Positions 57,001-64,000 of a DNA stretch of 64,000 bases are shown here, one piece after another. Position numbers and translations under genes: made by a program. Position 1 is the stretch's first letter. Each line of letters opens with the position of its first letter. The DNA comes from Owenia fusiformis (taxonomy: Eukaryota), in the NCBI GenBank assembly GCA_903813345.2, contig CAIIXF020000001.1:42842001-42906000 (forward strand), in the 5' to 3' direction. The notes beneath the pieces were generated by a model. That model had not been told where the DNA came from and did no database searches. It saw only the letters and a program-made list of their open reading frames with translations.

Positions 57001-59139
57001 TGTGATGTCATTTCCCTTTCAGTTGTTTAATAAAATGCTGAGTGCAAGACGTAGGAAGAAGTCGTCAACTAGTACCCTGCCAAAAAGCTCTGGACCCATA
57101 GCATCAAAATGTAAGTGTTTATCGGTTCTTCTAGATATGTTCACATATTGCTGTTTGTCCTGGCTAAATGTATCATTGAATCATTTAGTTATTTAAAGTA
57201 GACTTGATATTTCCGAATGGGAACATCAGATCATAAATTTTAGTCATTTGTTTTCATGCGCATCTTTAAAATGGAGGGAAATGCATAGCTTTATATTTCT
57301 ATTTTGTGGTCGTTTAGCAATGGTAAGGTAAAGTCATCATTTTAAAAAATTGAAACAAATCTTATAAATAACTGCACATTTGCAATGATATCATGAGGAT
57401 ATTTTATGGCAACAAGCACATTATGGTAGATGACATGTAAAGAGTGCTTATGAGAAAACTCATCAAAAGATTGTACAAGGTTGTTTTCTTGATATTTGTA
57501 TTTTATTTACATATGTTTCCCTTCAGCGATATTTTATCTTAATCTGCGTGAGTGTGAGTACGTATTTGCATGCAGGGTTAGAGTTCAATTAATGGTGCCG
57601 TTTAAGTGTTTTATTGTTAAACTTTCCTTACTATTAATGCCTTGAAGACGAATTTGCATTTGTCATTACATTTAAATGGATTCCTGTTAACTAATATCAG
57701 CTGCCATGGAGAATGAGTTCAGGTTTGAAATTCATTAACAAATGCATTTGATTGATGTATACTTGATGTATATGCTGCGCTGAAATGGAATTTGCGTCAA
57801 AATATGTTTTGGCATCACTCAATAAATATCACTGGCTTGAGCTACAACTTTCTGCCACGTAATATGATAACAAGAATGCTATGACCTTGATGAATGTACA
57901 TGTATTTATGAATATGAAATCAAAGATATCGGTTGTGTGGGTAGGTTTCTTTGAGTTTGCAAATACTTGTATCTCTGGCAATTCCTGTGTGTGATCCAAA
58001 CATGGCTTTGGTATAAATGTAATTTTGATGGATTTTTCTATTTAATATTTTTGCCTCTATCACAGTAAAGCATCTCTATGTTGTCTAAATGTTCACTTAG
58101 GGTTCAGGGGTTTCACATTTATTATTTTTAAAATATTTTTTTGTGTTGTTGCCTAATATAGGGATGTCACAATATGGTTGTAAAATAAATACTTGAACAT
58201 ATGGAAAATTTTGAAAATTGTACAATAATTATGAATTTGAATACTTTTTACTTAAAATATATTTTTCTGGTTTCAGGGCATTATCAGAATATGAAACCGA
58301 ATATTGAGAACCAGTCAAATGGCGTCGAGTCAGTCTTTGCCGACTCTGGCCAGGGGTCAAGTGCAGGTCCTCTCCCTGAAAAACATGACGTAGAATCCCC
58401 TCCCCCACAGATCATAGTGGATGATGGAATTGATGCTGATTTATCAATGATTGATGCATCTATAGTTGACAGTGAATTTGTCAGCGAATATTGCAATGCC
58501 AATTTGGCAGTCACCAATGAGAAGCCACCAAAAAGTAAACCTGCCGATAAATCAAAAATAAGGTTGTCAGCTATCTCAGATAAGATTGATTTCGAATCAG
58601 AGTTCAGTGATGCTGAGCTGTTTAAAATGACAGATCGCAAAACGAGAGATATCGAAGAAGAAGAAGAAAAGAAGCCTCTGACTTCCAGAACTGAATCGGA
58701 GGAAAACCTTATGAACAAATTATTAGAAGAAACAGCTCCTAAACGTCAATCTCTACATAAAACAATTAGTGATTGTGGTAATATCCAAGGGGGGACACAC
58801 CCCTGCCCCCCTGGGGAAGACCTAGGGGATAGTAACACAGATTTGTGTAGAAGCACTCCCAATATGAAATTCAACCCTAAAGCTGTTGGGGCACAAAGAC
58901 ATCTAAATGACTCCAAGTGCCAGGCCAGTCTGCCAAATATTAATCTCGCTTATGAGGCCTCGGATAATTCCGATGAAGACAGCCTTAAACGTCTAGTGTC
59001 TAAAATCACCCAGTATGCTAATGATGATGGCCTGATTACGCATTTTCACGGCAAGGCAGTGAACAGAAATAGCAATGATTCCAGTAAATGGTACAATAAC
59101 AATTCACCGTCATTCAGGCCAACATCTTCTGACTGTTAA
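20860..59139 (+). CDS. ADGRL: Latrophilin/Cirl-type adhesion GPCR with N-terminal collagen repeat (spliced gene, 22 coding exons, 1418 aa)
   Basis: join(20860-21022,30954-31587,32684-32790,36398-36496,37296-37526,39513-39710,43093-43196,43544-43729,44007-44190,44448-44591,44861-45051,45349-45398,45596-45719,45994-46097,46332-46434,46755-46975,47254-47320,47703-47806,56237-56405,56704-56826,57023-57110,58277-59139) = 4257 nt, all GT-AG with matching phases. Recognised motifs: [31 protein letters not shown] (TWPKT..CP..W.C...G.W..PDLSEC), [16 protein letters not shown], and secretin-like 7TM ([58 protein letters not shown]). No olfactomedin domain, as in invertebrate latrophilins. Confidence 0.93.
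22389..24245 (-). CDS. Nested antisense gene: uncharacterised multi-pass (~6 TM) membrane protein, 3 coding exons, 455 aa
   Basis: complement(join(22389-22921,23072-23179,23519-24245)) = 1368 nt. Donors G|GTAAGG and G|GTAAGA, acceptors TTGTTCTCCAG and TTCTAG, all phase 1 and in frame. Five hydrophobic segments lie in exon 1 and one in exon 2; exon 3 is a hydrophilic H/D/G-rich tail. Confidence 0.82.
26595..26796. mobile_element. MITE, second copy of the 13350-13543 family (inverted)
   Basis: CAGTGATCTCCC ... GGGGAGATCATTG. The internal GGCATATTTTGACCAATTTTGGTCTGAATTGTGAAAATGAGAATTTTGCACCCACC is the reverse complement of the 13378-13432 segment. Confidence 0.85.
30954..31587 (+). CDS. ADGRL: Latrophilin exon 2: collagen (Gly-X-Y)42, linker and first half of SUEL/RBL lectin
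   Basis: Acceptor TATTGCAG (30953). The frame from 30956 reads ([13 protein letters not shown])x13 [93 protein letters not shown]; donor AG|GTAAGA. This frame is not in the supplied ORF track. Confidence 0.92.
30956..31333 (+). repeat. Coding 27-bp minisatellite (GGTGCRCAAGGAGAACCAGGGGAGCGT), 13 units plus 1 divergent unit
   Basis: Counted directly; units differ by 0-3 nt. Confidence 0.95.
31965..32151 (+). mobile_element. 3' fragment of the HINE-like family at 14611-15444
   Basis: GGGATTTGCTACTCCGTGGAG...TTTCTAGTT end and CAAGATGGC motif are shared; left boundary approximate. Confidence 0.6.
32684..32790 (+). CDS. ADGRL: Latrophilin exon 3: second half of RBL lectin
   Basis: [35 protein letters not shown]; phase 2 to 1; donor G|GTAAGG. 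Confidence 0.95.
32969..33085. repeat. ~26-bp tandem repeat with internal palindrome (CATGGCAAATTATTGCCAATAACTTG), ~4 copies
   Basis: TGGCAA...TTGCCA in the first three units; the fourth is degenerate. Confidence 0.75.
33503..33926. mobile_element. Probable non-autonomous element bounded by 13-bp perfect inverted repeat
   Basis: AGATGCGAGTAGA (33503-33515) / TCTACTCGCATCT (33914-33926); CpG-richer than the flanks; true ends uncertain. Confidence 0.45.
36398..36496 (+). CDS. ADGRL: Latrophilin exon 4: Thr-rich mucin-like stalk
   Basis: TTATTTTCAG acceptor; [32 protein letters not shown]; donor T|GTAAGT; symmetric phase 1-1, 99 nt. Confidence 0.85.
37296..37526 (+). CDS. ADGRL: Latrophilin exon 5: Thr-rich stalk, duplicate of exon 4
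   Basis: TTGTTTTCAG acceptor; [16 protein letters not shown]...[18 protein letters not shown]; donor T|GTAAGT; phase 1-1, 231 nt. Confidence 0.83.
39513..39710 (+). CDS. ADGRL: Latrophilin exon 6: Pro-rich linker and start of HRM domain
   Basis: [16 protein letters not shown]...[32 protein letters not shown]; donor G|GTAAGG. Confidence 0.9.
43093..43196 (+). CDS. ADGRL: Latrophilin exon 7: HRM C-terminal half
   Basis: [34 protein letters not shown]; donor GTAAGT. Confidence 0.93.
43544..43729 (+). CDS. ADGRL: Latrophilin exon 8: GAIN subdomain A
   Basis: [27 protein letters not shown]...VEDVNQ; phase 0-0. Confidence 0.92.
43792..43843. mobile_element. Tiny Tc1/mariner-like remnant
   Basis: TA|CAGGGTGGGCCAAA ... 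TTTGGCCCACCCT inverted repeat. Confidence 0.5.
44007..44190 (+). CDS. ADGRL: Latrophilin exon 9: GAIN
   Basis: [42 protein letters not shown]...ADRNI; donor GTAAGT. Confidence 0.93.
44448..44591 (+). CDS. ADGRL: Latrophilin exon 10: GAIN
   Basis: [20 protein letters not shown]...[16 protein letters not shown]; phase 1-1. Confidence 0.92.
44861..45051 (+). CDS. ADGRL: Latrophilin exon 11: GAIN
   Basis: [16 protein letters not shown]...[11 protein letters not shown]...[11 protein letters not shown]; donor GTAAGT. Confidence 0.93.
45349..45398 (+). CDS. ADGRL: Latrophilin exon 12: start of GPS motif
   Basis: [16 protein letters not shown]; phase 0 to 2. Confidence 0.88.
45596..45719 (+). CDS. 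ADGRL: Latrophilin exon 13: GPS cleavage site and tethered agonist
   Basis: [44 protein letters not shown] at 45675-45683. Confidence 0.96.
45994..46097 (+). CDS. ADGRL: Latrophilin exon 14: TM1
   Basis: [34 protein letters not shown]. Confidence 0.95.
46332..46434 (+). CDS. ADGRL: Latrophilin exon 15: TM2
   Basis: [34 protein letters not shown]. Confidence 0.95.
46755..46975 (+). CDS. ADGRL: Latrophilin exon 16: TM3-TM4
   Basis: [37 protein letters not shown]...[29 protein letters not shown]. Confidence 0.96.
47254..47320 (+). CDS. ADGRL: Latrophilin exon 17: ECL2-TM5
   Basis: [22 protein letters not shown]. Confidence 0.95.
47703..47806 (+). CDS. ADGRL: Latrophilin exon 18: TM5-ICL3
   Basis: [34 protein letters not shown]; donor AG|GTCAGT, phase 2. 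Confidence 0.93.
48007..48081 (+). CDS. Candidate 75-nt cassette exon in ICL3 of latrophilin
   Basis: Acceptor CTTTATGCAG and donor AT|GTAAGC, phase 2-2, stop-free ([24 protein letters not shown]), GC-richer than the surrounding intron. Confidence 0.55.
48135..48271. repeat. Split direct repeat B2 (element 3' terminus)
   Basis: Matches 48599-48702 apart from an extra 33 bp at 48165-48197. Confidence 0.9.
48343..48600. repeat. Split direct repeat A2 (258 bp)
   Basis: Identical by eye to 54484-54741, including the (TA)n tract. Confidence 0.95.
48599..48702. repeat. Split direct repeat B1 (104 bp), abutting A2
   Basis: ATTTATGTGATAGATTCATATTAAGAAAAG...GGGGCAAAAATGCCC; shares the AT dinucleotide with A2. 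Confidence 0.9.
49419..50306 (-). CDS. Tyrosine recombinase (YR) of the retroelement
   Basis: 295 aa: SAM-like N-terminus ([13 protein letters not shown]), RLPIT, FLRVGE (Arg), K in CKHN, HSLRIG (HxxR), MGRW and KKYIR (Tyr). Confidence 0.95.
   Translation of the reverse strand: MSKSLTTKSKENYLRAWTLYKKFCSHSNSTVKGVQFPISTQQLSQFIAYLSLLNYSGSSINTYVSGLSFLHKICDVPDPADCFIIRKLQKGAQLMGGPSNDGRLPITLNILKKLIDIIPVIYANNYIAIMTTALFLFTYGAFLRVGEVTWHKDNINTIQFSDISISNAGVCIKMSNCKHNNPTQPFNILISPIRGSKYCPYSAMVHYLKLRGGQQGPLFLDEHKVPICRSLFVKYLKSSLEAASIDPKKYNSHSLRIGHATQLISEGVSQDIVTQMGRWKSSAVKKYIRIQKFNI
50306..52117 (-). CDS. Reverse transcriptase / RNase H (pol) of the retroelement
   Basis: [44 protein letters not shown]-type RNase H YSDASG, KELFPI, HCDN, SDQLSR. 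The listed start is a TTG; the true start is uncertain. Confidence 0.95.
   Translation of the reverse strand: MKPKSQSTKNQTKNTPVTNNPPSQRDTVSHSKNLENVQKTPPANSNIYALNAKEKHTHPQCLLSSAQTHKIITPINVRPLGAIMQCLNESEHNFLKNGFTVGFQLQYEGPRNIESSITYNHNSVNKSPKVIEAYLDKELSANRIIGPFSNPPLKNFRSSPLGLIPKKEHGKFRVIHDLSFPSRQSNSVNAGISEHASTVHYDSIDKVIHLIQKNGRGSFISKSDVENAYRIIPICKEDHHLLGFSWNDMYYYDTVLPQGCASSSQIFERFSSNLEKILNISFGIQDTSHYLDDFVFIGKTYGTCNKNLETFLKVAKNIGLPIKDSKTCKPKTCQIVYGIELDTIKMEARLPQEKLKLLKIKIDKYYDATTITLKELESLLGLLNFSCKVIAPGRTFIRKMYNLTKGLIRSKNSNFVINIPDEVKEDLMIWKLFLKNHNGISMFLHQEWVNSEKINFYSDASGSHACAGVLGSKYFIIPWDEQSRHWDISSKELFPIYVAIHTWGSALANHKIIFHCDNQGVVDIINTATTRNTTSLKILRQLVLSCLKHNILFKAKHICGKHNIISDQLSRLQVKKAKALAPWLESSPTKISPNLTLLQELHN
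51891..52862 (-). CDS. Gag-like ORF of the retroelement
   Basis: 323 aa: [20 protein letters not shown] and YDENFR motifs typical of DIRS-order gag, plus the C-terminal Zn-finger cluster [10 protein letters not shown]...[10 protein letters not shown]...H...C. Overlaps pol by 227 nt. Confidence 0.9.
   Translation of the reverse strand: MPKLRSANRSTIVQGDTASEPATQNRGEKRKQSGSLSEADRDAIVESLFKKLRQEQEPSPSTSASPPDSNMGEIIENFLKAPTEEASAGESYHLAPPNIIPLTGAGIPLTSRIEEKIKKQIVSNAYVDFNQLLTATQDLRPKLVNPLSQAISDLVNPPKVKNLIYNINNWTTAFHIYTSIYCQAHKNEVTKLLKYGEDIREMAQYGNFQTAKLYDENFRLNKKQMNFQWDHFNTELFSKASLRLGQPFLETQKPVNQKPDKKYSGNKQSTIPKGYCFSFQKFGKCTKNSSCKFKHLCFKCKRETHTSPMSAFKCTDTQNHNTD
52954..53628. repeat. Tandem array of ~13 units of 50-57 bp, each with an internal hairpin, inside the retroelement
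   Basis: Consensus CATGAGTACTGCATCTCATAATGAGACGACTCATATATAACACATATAAAACAA. Unit starts at 53000, 53054, 53108, 53163, 53217, 53272, 53327, 53382, 53439, 53493, 53545 and 53595, plus a partial unit at 52954. Confidence 0.95.
53661..54326 (-). CDS. SGNH/GDSL hydrolase (esterase) ORF of the retroelement, 221 aa from the ATG at 54326
   Basis: Block I IFGQSF (Ser), block II GIRGG, block III MGEND (GxN), block V DGIH (DxxH). Confidence 0.9.
   Translation of the reverse strand: MAAVKTLIFGQSFIYWLRNFTEKSSPNFKLNASEFEIECQGIRGGVLLTSSSQNKKKHLLPHLYKQISTLAPELIYLQMGENDIDIPGSDPERIANAIISVGNYLLQHEFVKCVSIGLLFHRIHPSTSDYNKKVDKVNEYIWHLLGKPAKKCNFHLAREQIMIFPNKGLNLHGLKNQTIWDGIHLNDIGLQRFHDNLKRSLILTRDIHIGKSLSPPSFPAE
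54484..54741. repeat. Split direct repeat A1 (element 5' terminus, presumed promoter region)
   Basis: 258-bp copy of 48343-48600; the minus strand contains AACCAATC and TA-rich tracts. Confidence 0.95.
56237..56405 (+). CDS. ADGRL: Latrophilin exon 19: TM6-TM7
   Basis: [24 protein letters not shown]...[25 protein letters not shown]. Confidence 0.96.
56704..56826 (+). CDS. ADGRL: Latrophilin exon 20: helix 8 / proximal tail
   Basis: [41 protein letters not shown]; phase 0-0. Confidence 0.9.
57023..57110 (+). CDS. ADGRL: Latrophilin exon 21: cytoplasmic tail
   Basis: [29 protein letters not shown]; strong acceptor, donor T|GTAAGT. Confidence 0.85.
57527..57553 (+). CDS. Candidate micro-exon (21 or 27 nt) in the latrophilin tail
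   Basis: Long pyrimidine tract ending TTTCCCTTCAG (57526); tandem GTGAGT donors at 57548 and 57554; both options are phase 1-1 and stop-free. Confidence 0.5.
58277..59139 (+). CDS. ADGRL: Latrophilin exon 22: long cytoplasmic tail to stop
   Basis: Acceptor GGTTTCAG, phase 1, 286 open codons; acidic and Ser-rich; ends [14 protein letters not shown]. Confidence 0.88.
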
Positions 59140-60913
59140 TGATGAGGTGTGACAAAATATTGACCAAATATTCAAAATATTCCAACGTAATAAGGTGCAG
59201 AAATGTATTTTATAGTGTAAGGTTATAGTGAGTTTTAAGTGTCTTGATTATGCATGGCTATGGCTGATGGACTTAGTCTCTCTTTTTCCACTTTGCCAAT
59301 TTTTGTTTTATAAACAACACCGAATAATTTATGATGACAAGCTGCAAGATTATTTTCAATTTTAGCTTATCGAATGTAAGTCTATTGGCCTAACTTAATA
59401 TTTTGCCAAATGGAGTAGTTAATTTGGACCCAGTTAAGATTTTCTTAATTATAATAATGTAAAATGTCCTGAAATAGAAAATGTATTTATATTTGGTGAA
59501 AAAAAAATTGAAAAAATAAGAATTTTGAGGAAATATGCAAAACTGATCAAATGCTGAAACAAGGCAGGCCTTTTTAGACGCATGTGGATTATGTTCTGTG
59601 TTTTGCCTGCTGTACAATACAGTGTAGTTTAGTATATTTATATACATGTATGATATTACTATATATGTCACATATATCTGTATACATGCACTTTGTATTT
59701 TAATACTACCAAATTGAAACTGAAACAATCCATTTGATATAATTGGTGCAGATGTTAAAGGATCATGGGATATGGTTTGTACATCATTTAATTATGTCAT
59801 GATTTTGACACATAAGTGGTATCATAAGAGTAGTCTTTATACAGCTGATAAATTTTTGAGCAAAAAGCAAATGCAAAAGATTTGTAAATGGGAGAAAATT
59901 TACTGTCACTCCATGAAATTTTTGAGTTGACCACTGACTTGAAGTGACATGCAGAGTTTTTGAAGCCTAAAATTATATAAAGTTTGTTCTTAGATAACAT
60001 ATCTTGTTAATAAGACTAAAATTACCTATAAAATACACCGCACGATGAATAAAGGTTGTGACTCAATCATAGAATGTGCTTGATATAATAATATTATGCA
60101 GACTAGATTATATATAGATAAATGTACATGTATTAGCACCGGATATCTATAATGGCATTAAAACAGCACTGAGATCTATCTTATATTGAACAATTTTGTT
60201 ATACAAATGCTTTTAAACAGCAAACATTTTCATTCTAAATATTTGTAAATGTCATCATTTTTGTGTTTTGCTCGTTTCTGTAGGCATGTGTTAAATCTTT
60301 TATTTTGTTTATATGTACAATTGTACTACAGCTGATCCCTTTAAATAAATTGTTTTGATGCAAATATTTTAGAAGAAACTGTTTTGATGCTCTAGAAATG
60401 CTGTTCATGTGAAAATGTATTCAACAGTGATTGAATATTTAGTGTATGAAATGTTGCCGATTCAAGTGCCATATTTAGAAACTTTTATTTGCTTTTGCTG
60501 TACCTTGAAAAGTATTATATTAGTGACATTTGATTACATATTTGTAGATTTTAGTAAATCAGAGGACGCTGTCAAAGCCATATACATGATGAATACATGT
60601 ATTTCAATCAGGTATCTCTATAGGTGCTTTTTGTAAAGAATATAGAAATAATGTTTCTTAGTACTTGGAATCAGCTCACAGCATGATATGCTAGGACTCA
60701 CTATACATGAATTGAATTCAGAAGTGTGACGCATGATTTGCATAAAATGTGACACAAACCCGCTTATGCTGTGACACATTCTGTGATTTATAAATATTAT
60801 ATGTATATATATGTGGATTGTACATTTTGTTCTAATGAATATTATATTAAGACATTGATGGGTCTCAGAGGCCTTCATTTTGAATATTTTTTATTTTGTA
60901 AACTTTATGTGCA

Positions 60914-60931
60914 AATAAAACTATGAATAAA
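60914..60931 (+). promoter_or_regulatory. Candidate tandem polyadenylation signals of the latrophilin 3' UTR
   Basis: Two AATAAA hexamers 12 bp apart followed by T/GT-rich sequence, ~1.8 kb after the stop. AATAAA is common in this AT-rich DNA. Confidence 0.35.
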
Positions 60932-62100
60932 TTGTATTGACTAGCTCATGTTTTTTTTAAATGTGTTGAGAAAATTAGAGTTTAATCAAAGCCATGTGAT
61001 TAGCTACATAGTCAAGTGTAAAAATAATTGAAATCAGATTTATACGATCTTTGAGAAAAGCCCTCCCGGAGTCTATTTCTCCAATTTTGGCGAATTTCTT
61101 CCTATTTGTTGATTAATCCATTATAAATAATTCTTTGATTTGAATGTCCAGCTTAACTTCTGCAAGGGAGAATTTTCACATACAGTGAAAGAAGATGTTG
61201 TTCTGATAAAATGAAGTACTATTTACACACAAGGATGTTCAATCAAATAAAACATTAAACATAAAGCATTGTTTAAATCTGCATGTTTCCAATTTTATTT
61301 TTAAAATTTCAAAGTTCTTAATTCTTATCCTAAACTGCCTTTCTTAATTTTGATATCATTATCATTTTAACAGATTTCTGATTCTTTCAGTCTTCCTTTT
61401 CATCCAGTCCAACCAACATTTTAAATTTCTATTTTTGATGGTCATAGTTTTTTCAATGTTTCATCACAAGTTACACTTTACATATACTTTTACATTTAAG
61501 TCTATGGACTATAATTTTTACAGTTTCATACAATTTTATAATAAATTAAATAATTTACAGGTCTTTATATATTCACAATGAAAAAGCTAACAAAATATAC
61601 AAACCAAGTTGAATTGAAATCAAATTCATTTAGCACCGTTGTGCAACTTTATATTTCTAAATATACAAATGCGTGCTTAAAAACTACAGGGGGTCAAAAT
61701 AAAATGCAATTTGACCCGCCATATAAACTCTGAGAAATAAAAAACAAAAACCACTCATCACTGTACTGTACCAGCAGTGCTCAGTGGTGTATCAAAAGTG
61801 ACAGAAATGAATTGTATTGGCTACAGCGTGTAGTTCAAGATACAAAAGTACCTCTTACAAAGTACTTCTTAACACTTTGGTTTAGCCTGTGCATCTTGAT
61901 ATATTCTACATTAGGACAATCTTTAAATTATGAACAATAATGTGAAATATCCTACATCACCAAGAAGCCTTTTGTCAATAAAGAGAAAATACTTTACCAT
62001 TCAATGTCCAAAGTGTGACGAAAAGTACGAATATACCATAGCAGCATATACTGTACAAGTAATTTAATGCACTACCTACTTTATATCAGTAAAAATATAC

Positions 62101-62164
62101 GACATAGTCATATACCATATAGGACATAGTCATATACCATGTATGACATAGTCATATACCATAC
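62101..62164. repeat. 22-bp tandem repeat x3 (GACATAGTCATATACCATRTAK)
   Basis: Direct inspection. Confidence 0.8.
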
Positions 62165-62775
62165 AGGTACAACAGTAGACTCAAATAAGCGCAGTAATCC
62201 TCAAGTATTCATTCTTTAATCTACATGTCACATTAACTATCACCTCTATCTAATCAACCTAGAACTGTTCTCTGTCTCGAAACGAAAACTTATTTGACCT
62301 TCTCATTTGAAGGAATCGAAAGAGACAAAAGGCTTCAAGGTTAAAAGGAAATTTGACATGACTTAATTAAGTACAGAAGTATATCATATTTTCCAAATAA
62401 TTTAAACCTCAAAATCAAATCACAAATTGCATAAAATTATAGTATGTTTTAATAAAATATGAATTATGGCATATTCATATACACATATTGTTTATAATGG
62501 TATATATACAATAATACATTTGTAGACTATTGAAAGTAAGTCGCATTTCAATGTTCCCAAAACTGCGTATCTTTGTGCATTGTCTTTTTTGAGATTCACA
62601 TTTTCTCAACATCATGATTATTATTTCACTCAAAATATGAAGACATTATAACCTTCTCTTTCAACTTGATTCACATCAATTTCATTTGTCAAGTGAAATA
62701 TTTATATTTATCGAGTATCTAAGTGTCATGTTCTATCTATGTACCTGATTGGTACAATACTGTCCTAAACTACTC

Positions 62776-62910
62776 ATATTGTACTGAATACAACTTATAT
62801 TGTACTGAATAGCACTTTTATTGTACTAAATACAACTTATAATATTGTACTATATAGCACTAGTATTGTTCTAAATAGCACTAATATGTGCTAAATAGCA
62901 CTAATATTGC
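62776..62910. repeat. Degenerate ~19-23 bp tandem repeat (ATATTGTACTRAATAGCACT-like)
   Basis: Direct inspection. Confidence 0.65.
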
Positions 62911-63476
62911 ACATATACCCTATGATGCAAATTGTGATACCACAAATCTCAGCCTATCACATACATAAAAATCTCACCAGAATACGAACAGAAATCTCCC
63001 CTGTGTATATGAGGTATGTTACCAGAAAGATCTGCAAAGACAAGATTTCCTAAATCTATTGATCTCTTGCTATGATGTCATGATTCCCATGGTTACACAA
63101 TGGATCTTGAAATTAGCATAGCAAAGAGAATGTTCTGATAACGGACCCCAGATTATTCTACAACAACAGGTGTCTAAATTTGGATATCACATAAAATCTG
63201 ATGAGATGGTCATGTATGGGAGACTCTAAATAATTTACTGCACAAATCTCTAGTTACAGTTTCCTGTAAGCAATTAGCAACTAAGTTATTATTTACACAC
63301 GTTATCATTATGCATTTAATAACACATTATATAAACAATATATATATGCACACTTTTATTTTGGACTGATATCTTTTGTAATAAGGAGGATGCTTTAGAA
63401 AATCAGAAAACTGGATAAATTGATTAATAGTTGAAGTGACAGTTAATACAACTTCCAGTATTATCATTCGAGTGGA

Positions 63477-63730
63477 CATTATGGGAGAAGTCCTCCCTTT
63501 ATGGTTTGGTAATGGGAGAAGCCCTGCACTTTATGGTTTGGCATTATGGGAGAGGTCCTCCCTTTTATAGGTTGCTATGGGAGAAGCCCTGCACTTTATG
63601 GTTTGGCATTATGGGAGAGGTCCTCCCTTTTATAGGTTGCTATGGGAGAAGTCCTGCCCTCTATAGGTTGGCATTATAAGAGAATCCTTTCTCTTTGTGC
63701 ATTGGCATTATGATAAAAGTCTTCCTCTGA
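63477..63730. repeat. 31/34-bp minisatellite (ATGGGAGAAGTCCTCCCTTTATGGTTTGGCATT) with a 65-bp higher-order dimer
   Basis: ATGGGAGA at 63481, 63512, 63546, 63577, 63611 and 63642; 63512-63576 is repeated at 63577-63641. Confidence 0.85.
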
Positions 63731-64000
63731 CATGGATTGTATCTAATTCCCTAAAGCATATCATCCCTTAGTCTAATACATAATTGTTAAAGCTCAAGAA
63801 TCAACCACTTTCTCACTATCTTTACATAATATACATATATGAAGAGAGTCTCCTTTGCAATAATGATGTGCGTCTTCCTAGATATACAAAGTATACATGA
63901 TGTACTGTATAAGTCATGGAATAGGTTGGATTGTATGTAATATACTGTAATATATAGGCATGGTATATATCATTGAAATAAACTGCAAAATGACTTCATT

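Noticed and set aside
61290..63400. A/C-skewed stretch that might be the 3' UTR of a convergent minus-strand gene
   Set aside because: Compositional impression only; no coding exon lies within the window.

Overview
AT-rich, intron-rich animal DNA, most likely an invertebrate bilaterian; the species cannot be determined from this window. (1) A two-coding-exon + strand gene (5120-5175, 10284-10638) encodes a 136-aa acidic protein ending in a paralemmin-like CKCCVIQ CaaX motif. (2) A 22-coding-exon + strand latrophilin/Cirl-type adhesion GPCR spans 20860-59139 (1418 aa by my splice model). Its architecture is signal peptide, 42 uninterrupted Gly-X-Y collagen triplets, SUEL/rhamnose-binding lectin, Thr-rich stalk, HRM, GAIN/GPS, 7TM and a long tail. 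The collagen block is in the same exon as the first half of the lectin, which I do not know from any canonical latrophilin. (3) A three-exon, ~6-TM membrane-protein gene (455 aa) is nested antisense in the first coding intron of that receptor. (4) An apparently intact and young 6.6-kb Ngaro-type tyrosine-recombinase retrotransposon (48135-54741, minus strand, A1...B1-A2-B2 split direct repeats) sits in the ICL3 intron. It carries an SGNH hydrolase ORF upstream of gag, separated from gag by about 13 tandem ~54-bp hairpin repeats. (5) There are many MITEs (including a 408-bp CAC...GTG palindrome with a 5-bp TSD), a Helentron/HINE-like element and several minisatellites. All exon models were derived by eye from GT/AG sites and reading-frame continuity; no searches were run.
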